Positions 37,789 to 51,879 are shown, counted from the first letter of the stretch. The stretch is 64,000 nt of DNA from Vicugna vicugna (GCA_013265495.1 MU058384.1:2641010-2705009), one strand, 5' to 3'. Numbers and translations are program-made. Notes: a model not told the origin generated them from the sequence alone.

Positions 37789-38725
37789 CAATTACCCAGC
37801 AACAGGGCAGGGGTGAGACCCAGGGTGTTAAGAAAATGCCGTGATCGAAGCTGGTATTTTCTTGTCTGAATGGAGAAACTGAAAGCCAGAGAAGTGATGT
37901 CTCCTATCCAAGACAAAAATCCTACAGTGCGCTTCCAGGAAGAAGTCAACCATTATGATATGACACCAACCGCTCAAACATTTCTCTACACACAGTCCTC
38001 AAGGGACAGGCGGCTTTACAAAAGCTAGCTCATTGGTTCAAGCTGTTTTACTCTGACCAAGGTGCTGTTTGGGGATAGAAATTTCCATCCTTTTCTGCCT
38101 GACTCACTGTTCACTCACAGGACACAACACACTCCAGAGTCAGTAGAAGGGGCTCCCAATTACAGTGATTCTCAGGGGAGGGAAAAAGGGGGAAAGGGGA
38201 GGAAGAGAGGCCATCCCCCAAAGGAAGACAGTAAGTAGAATGTGGGAGGTAAGGTCACATAATTTGATGATGGAAATAAAGATGTAATTCTGATATGGCT
38301 CCCAGGGATAGGCTTCTTTCCCTTAAAATGACGATTCTAAAACCTCAGTATGTATCAAAACATCATTAGGTCTTTGTTTTAACATAAACAGGCAGGTAGA
38401 ATGCTTAGAGTGATCAGATCTACCCCAAGCTGGAATTACTCACATATAGTCTCTCAAAAGACAATAAATACATTTCCTAACAACATTTGATCTGCAGGAT
38501 CAGGCAAAAAAATCTTAACAGACTTACTGAAACTGTGCCTTTCTACTTAGTCGTCATTTCTGTTCAACAATCAGGGTAATTCTGGGGGACCATAAGCAAA
38601 GATTATAACCATATATTCCCCATGACCATGGTGCAGAGGCATTTTCAAGATAACAATGAGGGCGGAAGGGTCAGTGTCTGTTCCCATCCCAGTGACGCAA
38701 ACTGGGGGGACCACGTCAAACCAAC

Positions 38726-38857
38726 CTTCATCACTTCCACCTGCAGGTCTTCGTGGAGGGAAGGCGTCACTTTCACAGCGTTCAGGATCTGATTGAGCAG
38801 CTGCTTCTCATCGGAGTCCGTTTCCATGGATACAAACCTCTCTTCAGCCAGAAGCTT
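38726..38857 (-). CDS. ARFGEF3: ARFGEF3 coding exon (132 nt; exon 4 equivalent)
   Basis: tttacAG|AAG CTT CTG...ATG AAG|GTtggt; KLLAEERFVSMETDSDEKQLLNQILNAVKVTPSLHEDLQVEVMK (overlaps ORF 38645..38827); phase 0-0. Confidence 0.97.
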
Positions 38858-39749
38858 CTGTAAAGAGGCACAAGGCAGTGATCACAGATAGGCATTCCCC
38901 TGCTGCCTTAGTCTCCTGTATCCAGTATGTACTGTATGCACTGACGGTAAGGTCTCTTACTCTGGCAGCATGTTGCTGGAGGCCATTAGGAAAGAGCCCC
39001 TGCTCCGTGCCATGAAAAAGAAAAACGTATCAAACCTTTGATAAATGGTTTTGGGCAAAGACATCCTGCTATTGGAAAATTCAGTCTAAATTTTTTTGAA
39101 GCAAAATTCTACTGCAGTGGTCACACAAGTGATTTGGTTGGTGGGGATGGAGGATGAATGCTCCAGGGGGAATCTAGCCCCTCAGATAGTCACACTCACT
39201 CACACACACACACTTTCTGAATGTACCTTTGTCACCAGAAAGGAGAAGGTCCTGTAGACAACAAGTTGACTTTTCAGATAATTGCCTTTGTACTTCCTAA
39301 TGTGAGCTGTCATTTACCCTGGGATTATTCATGAATCCATGTGTCTTAATGTGTTTTCATCAGAAAATCAATCCCACAATAACTCAAACAAGAAGACAGT
39401 CACTTCCATGAGGTTTCCTAGATGTCATTACATCTCACAGAATAGCTCTCTGCCATTGGAGGACAACTCAGTTTTCATAAAATTCTCTGAGATTGTACCA
39501 AAACCCACCTGCTTACAGCCTCTACCACCTCACTCTTCCCCAGAGCCATGTAGACTAAACTTCTCAGATATCTGAAGTCAGCTAATCTCTTCCTCTCCAT
39601 ACTAACCCTCCCCAGGGGCCATCAAATGTTCTCTCAATGATATGGTTTTACAGACACTCTCCTGCCTGACGTGCGGCCTCCGGCGTGAATGTAATACTTC
39701 AAGGGTGGTCTGAAAATAAAGACCAAGAGCATCAAGAGTGCATGCGAAG

Positions 39750-39960
39750 GTAAACTGTGGAAATTTGGGTGATTATGAGGTATCAATGTAGGCTCATCCT
39801 TGTTTAAAGAAAAAAGTACCATTCTGTTGAGTGATGTCGATGACAGGGAGGCTGTGTGTATGTGGGGGTAAGGGGTATATGGGAAATTTCTGCACCTTCC
39901 TCTCAGTTTTACTGTAAACCCAAAAGTATTCTAAGATAGTATTCAAAAAATAAAAAAATT
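39750..39960 (+). mobile_element. L1MC/MD-like 3' UTR end
   Basis: tatcaatgtaggctcatc...gggaggctgtgtgtatgtgggggtaaggggtatatgggaaatttctgcaccttcctctcagttttactgtaaacccaaaa. Confidence 0.8.
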
Positions 39961-40478
39961 TTAAATGGCAGAGAGGAAAGAAAGAAAGAAATGGGGTCTC
40001 TGGTGGCACCCCTGAGCTCCTGCACCAAACTAGAACTGCCCACCTCTAGAATTCTAGTTAATTCTATTAAATATAAGATAGTTAAATACGTTTATTGCCT
40101 AACACCAAACAAAAACAGTAATGTGTAAGTTTAATCATATTCCCTGATCGAATTAGCTTAGTTGTGAATCACAACACATCTGTTCTATGCTGAGTCACCC
40201 GGAAACCCCCAATTCTCATTTACAAGGGCTGCAGTTAAGCGGTTTGTCCCCATTCTGTCCTGAGGTAGTTGATTTTTGAGACCCCGGTGTAGGATGGATT
40301 TTATATTTATCCCTGTTAAATTTGTCCTTGTCCCATGCGGCATAGGATTGCAGCCATGAAGAATTTTTGGAATTCTGATTCATCCAGGGTAATGAGTCCC
40401 TCTTTCAGCTGAATGCCACTGCAGATCCGGAAAGCAAGCATTTCAAACCTTCCTCGTAGGCTATGACATTTGCCTCTG

Positions 40479-40981
40479 CAGTTATTCCTCATTTTACTGT
40501 ACTTCACTTTACTGAGCTTCCCAGATACTGTTTTTTTTTTTTAAAACAAATTAAAGGTTTATGGCAACTGGGTGTCAATCAAGTCTATGGATGCCATTTT
40601 TCCAATAGCATTTGCTCACATCGTGTCTCTGTGTCACATTTTAGTAATTCTTGCAATATTTCAAACTTTTTCTTTATTACTCTTTCCTTTATTATTCTAT
40701 TTGTTATGACGATCTGTGATCAGTGATCTCTGATGTTACTACTACAGTTGGTTGAAGGCTCAGATGATGTTAGCATTTTTTATCTATAAAGTATTCTTAA
40801 ATTAAGGTATGTACATTTTATCAAACATAGTGTTATTGGATGCTTAACAGACTACAGTATAGTATAAACGTAACTTTTATATGCACTGGAAAATCAAAAA
40901 TTTCATGCGGCTCACTCTATTGTAATATTTGCTTTATTATGGTGGCCTGGATCTGAACCCATAATGTTTTCCAAGTATCCT
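40479..40981 (+). mobile_element. Internally deleted Tigger1-family DNA transposon (~500 bp)
   Basis: 5' end matches Tigger1 (cagatactg...acaaattaaaggtttatggcaac...ccatttttccaatagcatttgctcac); 3' end matches (gactacagtatagtataaacgtaacttttatatgcactgg...tttgctttatt...gaaccc). Confidence 0.88.
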
Positions 40982-42261
40982 CTCAAAAGAGATTTCTGAC
41001 TATCATGCAATATATGCAGGGCAGCCCAGAGTTAGTTTATATACAAATGTTTTTAACTTAAAGTGATAAAGACTAGAAAGTCCTAAAAAACAAAAAACCC
41101 TTAACTTGATGGAAGGTCACAGGGAATGGTGAGAGGAAGACCACGCCCACTAGATCACTGAGGTTTCCACTATGCGAGCCCCTGAAAACACCCGAGTATA
41201 ACTTAGAGCACTTGAGGGTTCAAAAAAAAAAGTAACTAAATGGAAAATCTATGCAATACTAGAGAAAAGGGAACATCAGTGGCAGGTCAAAACAAACTCC
41301 CATTTATTTTTATGGTTGGTCCAATTACTTTGGACAAAAGCAAGGTGTTTTTAATAATATTATTTAAATATTTTTCAAATGTTAAAAATTTTGAATGCTA
41401 TTGCATATTGAAATACATATTATCTAATTCCAATCCCCTAGGGAAAAAAGTGGTAATTTTCTTACTCTTTCATATTTATGAACTCTTAAAAGGTACGAGG
41501 GACCTCTCTGAACTTACAGAGCTAACAATGAAATAGTACATACTGAAGTGAAAAGACAGCCAGCAAATGCTACCAATCCACGTTTATGTTGAACAAATCC
41601 CCCACAGGCTTCAACTCCACAGTATTTGTCACTTAGATACTAAACCACTTAAACAGTCAATGTATTTATACTGCCGTCACCTTTGCACCTTTGGAATTAG
41701 ATCTGTTATGTATGGTACAAAAGAAAATGAACAAATGCTCAGAGAAGGCAATCTGTGTGTGCAATCTGACTTTTCTCATTAGACCAAATTTCCTTTTTTC
41801 TTCCCAATCTTATTCTGGAAACAAAACACATTAATCCATTCGCCAACCTAACTGTAGAATGGAAAAACAAAACACAATCTTTCCAGCTTATCATTACCCA
41901 GAATCACAGATATTGAACACATACAAGATTTGAGATGGTACAGAACTTGAGGTATCTCTCTTTTGATCCCTTAATCTCCTAAAAGTTGGATGTCACAAAA
42001 AGTATTTCATTTCTGGATGGGCTTAGCTGGGTCGCCAATAATCTGTCTAACAACAAAGGCTCATCAAGATAATGCTGTGCACAGAGGAATGCTGGTCAAT
42101 GTAAGTAAATCCTGTTACCCTCCCTGGTTATTCCCCAGCTCAATCAAATTTCTGTCTGGGATTTTAAACAATCAGTATTTAAAATGTTAACTGTTTGTTC
42201 TTTCAAGGCCAAAGTGGTCTGTCAACTTCTGTCATCCTGTTGCACTCAGCGACAGCCATAC

Positions 42262-42343
42262 CTGTATCCCTGCCAAGGCATGTTGGGCCAGCTTCACATT
42301 CTTGGATTCCAAAGCCAACTGGAGAGGCAGCAGGCATTTCTCC
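42262..42343 (-). CDS. ARFGEF3: ARFGEF3/BIG3 internal coding exon (82 nt; human exon 3 equivalent)
   Basis: Minus strand: ...tttgccAG|G GAG AAA TGC...GGG ATA CAG|GTatgg. Translates (R)EKCLLPLQLALESKNVKLAQHALAGIQ, matching recalled BIG3 REKCLLPLQLALESKNVKLAQHALAGMQ. Not captured by the ORF track. Confidence 0.96.
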
Positions 42344-42870
42344 CTGGCAAACATAAATAAGGACAGCAGGTGAGCTCAGCAAAGCTGGCAGTCAAGTGAT
42401 CCAGGCCTTATGTACACCTGCCCCCAAATGCCGCCACACACAGACACAAAACTACGACCAATAGTGAAATTGTACATGGACTTTAAAAAAAAAACACACA
42501 GCAAAAAAGCTGCACAGATATAATAGCATATCAGCAGCTCACCTTCTAAGGATGGCTACAGGGAGAACACACAAGGACTTTCAAACAACTGGTTGGTGAA
42601 CTAATTATTACATGGAAGGACCCCCACCAGTCAGTCCAGAAACATACCTGATCTTTCCCAAATTAATATAACTGCTTGTAAGTACACCTGGAGTGCACAA
42701 CTCTAGGAAGCACCATTTATAAAGATTTCTACACCCTGCTCATACCTCTTCCTCCCTGAGCAAGTAACAGCATAGCCACTGAAACTCTGCCTCATCGATA
42801 TAAATTGAAATTTGAATAACTTGTCAATTTCTCCTAAACTCAAAGTGTTCATTAATCATTTATAGTTTTT

Positions 42871-43107
42871 AACAATTTTTTTAAATTTCTTTTATTGGAG
42901 TATAAGTCAGTTTACAATGCTGTGTCAATTTCTGATGTACAACATGTTTCAGTCATACATATACATATATTCCTTTTCACATTCTTTTTCATTATAGGTT
43001 GCTACAAGATACTGAATGTGTATCTTCCCTGTGCTACCCAGAAGAAACTTTGTTGTTTATCTATTTTATATATAGTAGTTAAGATCTGCATATCTCAAGC
43101 TCCCAAT
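42871..43107 (-). mobile_element. 5'-truncated lineage-specific L1 3' end
   Basis: ttattggagtataagtcagtttacaatgctgtgtcaatttctgatgtacaac...; TSD atttatagttttt (42858-42870) / atttataattttt (43108-43120). Confidence 0.85.
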
Positions 43108-43260
43108 ATTTATAATTTTTGAATTTGCCCTTTAGTCTCCATTCCAGATCTGAATTTTGTGATGGGTTCTTAATAAACATGTTTCCAAGACAGAAATACA
43201 AATGAACCCTCAACCCCTTTGACCCATGAGAAGCACCTGGTGTCATGCGAAAGACAAATG

Positions 43261-43285
43261 AAAAAAAAAAAAAAAAAAAAAAAAA
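43261..43285. repeat. Poly(A) homopolymer (25 nt)
   Basis: Direct count. Confidence 0.9.
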
Positions 43286-44831
43286 GAGGTTTGACAGCTA
43301 CTTGTGTATTTTGAAGCTTAAGAAAAAAATAACTGGGCACTAAAATATGTTAGAGATAAACCAAAAGGGTTACAAAAAGAAACATTTTTCTGTAAGAACC
43401 ATTCACTCTAAATAATTAAACAACAGACCAAGAATTTTAATCAACCCATTATTTCCCTACAGTTTCACACTGGCGCAACAAATGAAATGCTACTTAATTT
43501 TACCAGGTTCCCCCACCCTCGCTTAAACCAGAGCAGCCCCATTTTTATCTGTTTTATATTTTCAGCATAAACTGAAAGATTCATTGACTTCAGGCAGTAT
43601 GAAAGCCCCAGGGTAAGACTACAGGATTTGGTCTTTTGGAGAAATAAGGATCACAGTTGTAGAACACAGTGAAACAGAAAGTTAATTATGGCTCTAATTC
43701 CTTCCTGTCCACCCTGCAGTTTTTCCATGGAATCTTCCATCAGCAGCTCTGTGACAGATGGAGAATCCCAGACACCCCCCCTAACACCGGCCACAAAGAA
43801 CAAAAACAGACTATCAGAAGGAACATTCACCTGCCTTCCTAATCCTTCTCACCCCTCTGTTGCTGTTACCATTACCATCAGCTTGTCACCGTTACCAGGC
43901 AAACACTGCTATGTGGTCAATTAAAGCAGGAATAGCTAATTTTCCCAATTTTGCTTCTTTTATTTAATCACAACCAGTTTATAAACTTGGAAAAATTAAT
44001 CGGAAGAAGGGTGAAAGTCAAGTGAGAATTAGCAATAATGAGCTGATGGAATTTTAACAGAAGAACCATAGAACTTCATCTGCAAACTCCTAAAACAATC
44101 ACATTTCCACCAGGATTAACTCACTGTGATAGAACTTTCATCTTGGATTTGGAGTCAGATCTGCCCTTGATGGCACAGTACCAGTGAGCAAGCGTGGAAG
44201 TCCAAAACGCTTCCAGTCCCATAGCCCGAAGCAGAGAAAGTCTGCTGAATGGCTGTGCACTGAAAATGACAGGCCTTACACATTTCTCACCAAAGACACC
44301 AAACAAGAGTGGATGCCACACTCAGCAGCAACCAGGACATTCCTGGAAATGCTGAACCCGCTGACCCTTGGGGAACAGCATTCTATTTGCAGATAAACAG
44401 CTACGTGCCCATATTGCTCGGCCATCAACAGTATTAGTCCTTGAAATCCTCTATCCACTCTTACCTACTTCTACATTCACACAATTTGTATCATAGACCA
44501 GAGCCAGGTTGCTGACAAGTGCCAGGACCACCAGGTCGCACCACGATTCCAGTGGACATCTCTGAACTGCTCCCCAGGCCAATCATGGTCACCAGGGACT
44601 GGAAGGTGTAATTGGTTCAGGTAGGTTTGGGCTGATTTGAAAGGTATCAGTGTTTAGTGGAAAGATTATGGGCTATGGGATCACACAGACCTGAATTCAA
44701 ACCCTATTTCTAAGTTGTGCGATCTCAGTCAAGATACTTAACTCTGCTCAGTCTTAGCTTCTAATCCCATAGAAAGAGCATCTTAAGACCAATCCTGCAG
44801 GGTTACAGTAAAGATTACAGATAATATGCAT

Positions 44832-45044
44832 CTGGGGTTGGGAAACTTCTTCCATAAAGAGGCAGATAATATTTTAGGCTTTGCAGTCCATGTGGTCTCT
44901 GTGCTAACTACTCAACTCTGCTGTAGCACAAAAACAGAGCTAATATGTAAGTCAATGAGTTTGGCTACGTTCCAATAAAACTTTATTTACAGAAACAGGC
45001 AACAGGCCAGATTCGGCCCACATGCTGTAATTTACCCAGCCCTG
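44832..45044 (+). mobile_element. MER58A-like hAT-Charlie element adjoining a MIR (~44655-44830)
   Basis: ggggttgggaaact...aatattttaggctttgc...actactcaactctgctgtagc...gttccaataaaactttatttaca...ccctg. Confidence 0.88.
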
Positions 45045-48000
45045 ATATAGACAGAGGCCCGCACAGACAATGATTTTCATCACAGGAGAAGAAGATCTAA
45101 TCTTGTCAGAGTATCTGGAAAGATTTTGCACAGGACACGAGCACATGTCCTGGGATGGTCTTAGCACAACCAATTCAGGCACCAAGATTTCTCTTAGAAA
45201 ATCAGTGCTTTGAGGAAGCAGACTGAGAGGTTTCATCTGGATACAAAACCAAGGTACTCCATCCATCCCACCATCCATTAACATGTGTGCAAGGCACCAT
45301 CATGGGTGCTGGGAAACATCCTACAAGAAACAATACAGAACAGATACTCACTTTCATTTTATTCATGGGGTGAAAGAGAGAAAAAAGAATATTACCTATT
45401 TCTCTATTTAGTCTGCCAGTCACTTCAACCTTAAAACTGGCATTCTTACACTTGTTTTACATTTGAGAAAAAGGAGGTTCAGAGAGGTCTCATGGCCTAC
45501 CCAAGGTCACACAGCTTAAAAATCTATTGAAGACAATTCAAATGGAAATCTATCCAACTCCCAAGATCAAGTTTCTTCCAATACGCTTTGGTCTCAAAAG
45601 ATCAGAGCAAAGCTAGAATAGCCCTCCTCCTTAGAGGAGTGTGAAATCATTTCAGAGGATTCATGGGCCACCCCCCCAAAACCTCACATGGACCCCAAGA
45701 GCCCCTGTCTTCAGGAGAAAGGACCTGCCCAACGTGGCACAAACTCCGGTGTCTGAGTCAGAGAAGAGGCCCGTGTTCCCTGCCTGGGCTCAGGGTTCCA
45801 CCGGGACGAGGAGCCCTGAAGAGCTGTTACACTGAGCCCTGAAGCAGAGAGGTGGCTTCCTGTGTGTGCACACAGGAGGTGAGGGGGATAACTCTCCTCA
45901 AGGTCCAGGGCCTCTCAGCCCCTCAGCCTCAAGCATCCCCCAGATTAGCGTCATGAGCCTCAGATCTTGCCTTCGACAGGAAACGAACACACATGGGAAA
46001 TGAACCAAGCTCACGAGGCACAACTGATTTCACTGCTTGTTCTGTGGTATCATAAAACCCCCGCTGCCTTAATTTTCTTTAAAGTAGTTTCAATAAAATA
46101 GAATAACAGGCCTGTTAATTGAGTCTCAGGATGGAATTCATAATGAAGATTCAACGGGGCACACATTTAGTCCCCTCTGCACACGCTGCACGGCAATAAA
46201 TCACCTCTTGCTCTTTCTGGATGCTGCCTCACGGGGGAGGGGCACCCCTAAACCAGGTTCAGCGACATGAGCGATTAGTTTTTTATGCGCAGGCACATTC
46301 AAGGTCACTCTTGTCTAATTAAATAAAGGCAGTGGCCCCAGGACTCATGTCCTGACATGTTATGATTCCTTAAAGGAGAATAATTAGCAGTTCTGCACAT
46401 GGACAAGGAAGCCATCATCCCATGGCAGTGTCTGTTCGTGTCAGGAAGACAGAGTCCATCTCCTCAACTGTGTGGTCACGGTTCACGGACCAGCTTTATT
46501 GGGCTGCAAGATGACAATGGACAAAGGGAAATTAAAACAGGTAAATATGGGAAAAGTTAGGATTTGCCCAAAATTATCTTTTAATATGAGCACAAAAGTG
46601 AACTTCAAGTAAAACCAAATGTATTTCTGAATGTTAGGCTGATTCCTCTTTGACGCACGGCGTGGGATGGAACACAGCTTCTTTAGATTTCTGAGGTCTG
46701 CTCATACTATTTCTAGGATTCTACGATCTAAGCCATTTATTCAGTAACTGTCTGGGTTCCTTCACATAATAACCGTGACTGAAAATCAGTGGCCTGTATG
46801 TCCCAAGTACCATGTTCACAAAGTCATACTTACTATTTCATTTTACTATGCAGAGGTTTAAGAGTTGGCAAAATAAACTAAGGGAGATGAGATGACCTGT
46901 CCAAGGTCACACGTTGGTAAGTGACAGAGCTGTGATTTTAATTTAGACCATCTGTCTTCAAAACCCACAGAGACCTCCGCGATGTCAGCACCAGCAGATA
47001 GCTCCCCGCTGACTGTGGCGTCTGGCAAACGGCTTTAAGAACAGCAATCCAGGTGACCACCAGGTTAAAAGGATGGGGCCAGACATCCAACAAGTAATGT
47101 AAGTTATCTTACTGTGAGGGGTCGCTCATGAAGCAACACGTTACATTGACAGTTGGAGTGTAGTTATGAAAAGATACAGTTGGATCGGTGGGGTAAGTGT
47201 GGCTTTGGAACCAGCTGCTGGGGTCAAGGAATAGCCATCACTTTTCCGAGTAATCATGATCTTTCCTAGTCTGAGTACAGAAGACTTTTCAGCCCTTTGC
47301 TGTGACATTTGGGATGTTATTATTCATGTTTATGAATTCCGATGCTTTCACAGTTTACATCAACATTGACGAAGCTTTCGCCAGAGCCAACTGGAACTGA
47401 ACTGGTTTCTTAATTGATTTTCTCTGCTGTGCAGTTAAAAATGTTTCCATTGTATTTCTATTTTCGCTTCTATCTTAACGAAGTTATCTTTATCAGCAGC
47501 AATCCTTTCGCTTTGTATTTCACAACAAAGATTAGATTCACCAATCAGGAACTGCTTTAGGTCCTGGGGCCACAGCTGTGAACAACATAAAATCCCATTT
47601 CTCCTGCGGGATAGCAAGATGCCTCAGCAAGCCTGCCGGAGTTACTACGCAGAGCACATGAAATGGCCATTTTTTTGCACGTCTGAAAGGGTTGAATATC
47701 CATCATTTTATATGATTCAATCTGTTAAAAAGAATTCTAAATAATATGGCTATGCTCAAAATACACTCAAAATTTTCCCTCAAAATATACACTTTTATTA
47801 TACTTCATTACAAAAGGCATCCATGTACATTAAAAGATCCAAACAGTACAGAGAGAGACACAGCAATGAATATCAATTCGGACGCTGGTTTAAGAAGGAG
47901 CTGAGCTGAATGTTCACAATGGGTGTGTCCAGGCAGGGGCATGGGGGATCTTTTATTTTCTTTGTATTTATACTTTCTAATTTTTATATAACTAGAGTAT

Positions 48001-48559
48001 GCTGACTCATGAAGAAAATATTTTTAAGGCTACAAAGTCACTGGGCTCCTCACAAAAATGAACATCAAGGCATCTCCTGTTCAGCTCAAAAAGGTCAGTA
48101 AATTTGTGTACAGAGAAAATACAAAACCTGGAATTCATTTTCTTCCCTTTCCTTCTGGCACTGACGTCAATAGTCCAAGGGTTCTTTATAGCAATTATAC
48201 CTACTGTTCTTATCCATAAAGAAAACGTCCAACCTCACGATGGGTCTAACTGTGCTAACAGATTTATTTTTGTAATCAAAGGTAACTGCAGGGGATTAGG
48301 TAGGTTATCAATCACCTGAAAAATTTAAATACTATCTAGATTTTATCTTTGCTATTGGATACCTCTAATTTTAAAAATAAGCTGTAAAAGAACAGAAAGC
48401 AACATAAATACAAAAACATTGTTATATTATTGTGATAGAACAATGGGTTTGTCCTTCCAATTTTAAAGTTTTCTGACAATATTCTTGCAATATTTAAAAA
48501 ATACAAAACACAGTAAAATAATTTGATTCATTTTGAAAAAATTGTATTCCAGGGACCTA

Positions 48560-48812
48560 CTGAGACATATAAGTTACATGTAACATTGTATAAGTTTGAA
48601 GTGCACAAGAAAATGATTTCGATATACGTATATATTGCAAAACGACCACAATAAGTTTAGTTAACGTGCATCACCTCACACTGTTACAATTTTTTCTTCT
48701 TGTGGTGGGAACTTTGAAGATCTATTCTTTTAGCAACTTTCAAATGTATAATATAGTATTGTTAATTACAGTCACCATGCTGTACATTATATCCCCACAA
48801 CTTACTTATCTT
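48560..48812 (-). mobile_element. L1MA-like 3' UTR fragment
   Basis: aagtttagttaac...catcacctcac...tagcaactttcaaatgtataatatagtattgttaattacagtcaccatgctgtacatta. Confidence 0.82.
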
Positions 48813-50530
48813 TGAAAAAATTAAAAATGCCTTGGTATTTCACCTGCAATCTAGGATTATCAATATTAATACTTCCACTGGAAGATATAAATTCTATGTA
48901 ATGAGGGGGAAAAACAATAAAGTTTTTATTTTTTTTAATTTCTAGAGTAAACAAAAGAGACAATTAAGTCCATATTAATCATAAGGGAGGTTGTTCTGGA
49001 TTTTTTTTTTTCTTTTTTGCAACTACTGAGCCCCTTACGTTTGGGGGTACTGCACTGGGCACTGAGTACAGAACAGAGGAAAACAAGTGTCATTCCTGCC
49101 CAAGACAGGGGCGAGTGGTAATGTGCAAATTCAGCTTCTGAATGGATAAATGAATACACAAACAAACGGATGGAAAGTGCCTAAGAAGTGTTAACATGAA
49201 GGTCATTTAAAGGTTGGTTGAGCCTATAAATAAAAGTCCAATAAAAAAAAAAAGACCAGATCAAGCAGCATTCCCACTCCATTGGATACAATACTTTGTA
49301 TTGGACACAATGTATTGGCTTTTTCCTTTGGATCAAATGTTCTGTCACTTTAACCAGAGGATTCCTCAGTGATACAAGGGAGAGTGGCCGCGGATGTCAC
49401 AGAGATGCTAAGGGCTTAGGCACACGATCTCAACCCAATGAGGAGGGACGAATGTTATCGACATCTACTGACGAGGGAAGTGGAGAAAAGTTACTCTTGG
49501 ACAAGGGCTGGAACAGTGACTGCAGCCCTGAACTCAAGCTCCATGTGACATTGATGGTTACCATTTGTCACTCTCAAACCGTGTTCCAAGACCTGGGTTA
49601 AACATTTCACACACAGCAAGTCTACAAAGGACCTTTTATAAAGACACTCCTTTCTTTCTGTCCATGGTCAATCCATCCTCACACTTTCTCACGTCATCTC
49701 CCACGTCAATCTTCCACACGTGGACTTTTACATGTTTCCACTTACAAATCCCTCCTCACCTCCATCAACACACTTAGCAGTTCCTCATATAACCTCCTCC
49801 TGAGGCACCATGGATGATGTTTTTCTCTTTAATTCTGCCATTAAAAACAATTTGTCAATGTACCTCAAGAGCTTAAAAATATTTCTTTGCTTTGACCTAG
49901 GATTTTCTATTCTACGAAAATTTTCTAAAGAAATCATCACAGAACAGCCCAGTTTTAGGTGCAAAGATTTGTCTGTAGTTTTACTTACAATGAAATAAAG
50001 TTAAATAAATCCTGGTACATCTCTGAAACAGAGTAACATACAGTAATTTAAAGTATTTTGAAAGTTTTTATGAACCCAGGAAAATGTTTTGAAAAATGTT
50101 ACATCAAAGAAATTAAAAATGAGAACAGAATGTAGAAAATACACCATACCATGGTCCCACACTTGAATAAAAAATTACATACACATACGAAGTGAGTGGA
50201 GGAGGGAGGGAGACAGACAGGAAAGAAATTCCTCAAAACCCCTCCAGAGTGTATCTCTGCCTTTGAGAACATGGATAGTTTTGGTTTTACTATTTATGTG
50301 TTTTAACATTTAAAAAAACTCTCCACAGTAAAAGATACTACCTTTAGAAACAGAGAAGTGAAGCTAACCCTCTCCTGCGTGTGCGTGAACACACTCTCCC
50401 TTTCCGGCAAGGCTTTGGTCTACAATCCCGAGTGGCCTTGTTTCCAGTCATGGCTCCGAGCTAACCCTTCCTGAATTTCCTCTGTGCCTGCCTCATCTCT
50501 TCTGTCAAGTCACCAACCTTCCCACTTTAT

Positions 50531-50565
<35 letters not shown>

Positions 50566-50942
50566 NNNNNNNNNNNNNNNNNNNNNNNNNNNNNNNNNNN
50601 NNNNNNNNNNNNNNNNNNNNNNNNNNNNNNNNNNNNNNNNNNNNNNNNNNNNNNNNNNNNNNNNNNNNNNNNNNNNNNNNNNNNNNNNNNNNNNNNNNNN
50701 NNNNNNNNNNNNNNNNNNNNNNNNNNNNNNNNNNNNNNNNNNNNNNNNNNNNNNNNNNNNNNNNNNNNNNNNNNNNNNNNNNNNNNNNNNNNNNNNNNNN
50801 NNNNNNNNNNNNNNNNNNNNNNNNNNNNNNNNNNNNNNNNNNNNNNNNNNNNNNNNNNNNNNNNNNNNNNNNNNNNNNNNNNNNNNNNNNNNNNNNNNNN
50901 NNNNNNNNNNNNNNNNNNNNNNNNNNNNNNNNNNNNNNNNNN
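50566..50942. other. Assembly gap (377 N) flanked by poly(A) runs
   Basis: N run with A34 (50532-50565) on the left and A21 (50943-50963) on the right. Confidence 0.98.
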
Positions 50943-51879
50943 AAAAAAAAAAAAAAAAAAAAAGGCAAGGTAATTTTCCTGGAATAGTTCCCCTTTCCCC
51001 AAAGACATTTCCTTAGCCCCTTTCAAACATTTACTGAATTCTTTCTTCTCTCTAAAGCCTTTTTGACTGAAAATAGGCTTGCGTGTGACCCTGGGATATA
51101 ACTGTCAGTCACAGGTATCTAAAACCAGTATGCTTAATTGAATTTTACTTCCTTCTATAGTATGTTTTCCTGCAATCAAGCTTTCGGGCTTAGAGTGTGA
51201 ATATACTCACAGCGTGAAACGTGCCCGGCAACACGGAACCACATGCGCTTTGTTTCTTAGTGATTTTTTTTTATGATGAAAATGCTCCAAATGGCACCTT
51301 AGAGGCAAGGCTCTGCCCAGAATCTCGGCCATGGAGTGGCAGGTGGAAATAAGCCACCAGAACAAACAAGAGTTCCAACTCAAACACTCAACTCTTAGGG
51401 AGGAAGGGAAAATGAACTGGACAATAAATCTCGTAACGTCATCTTTTTTATGTGCTGATAACTTTAGGCAAATACGCAGTCACTTCTTGAAAAAAACAGT
51501 AAGTCTATGGCATAAACATCATTCGGAAAAGTCTATGTAACCAAAGACAGGTAACTTAAAACTAGTTACTTTGAAACAAAACTGATTTCTTTCAATTCTA
51601 TTCAGAACTCACTGGTCTATTAAAGCTCATAAGTAATACGTGTATACATTTATTATAATGACGTCTCACCCCTTAGATGTCTTGACAGTGAAATGGTAGG
51701 ATTCAATGTAAAGTCACATTTTTCTGTGAGGTGGAAATTTCCAGGTAATGTCAAAATGCCTATAAAGCCAGTCTATTATCAGCACAAATGCCAGAACTAA
51801 AATGGGTATTCCTCGGTGGCTAATAAACTATTTTTAAGACATGCATAAGCTGTTTAGTAGTAATAAGATTTTTAATTTT

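Noticed and set aside
50484..51026. ORFs of 152-173 aa spanning the N run
   Set aside because: Artefacts of translating N and poly(A).
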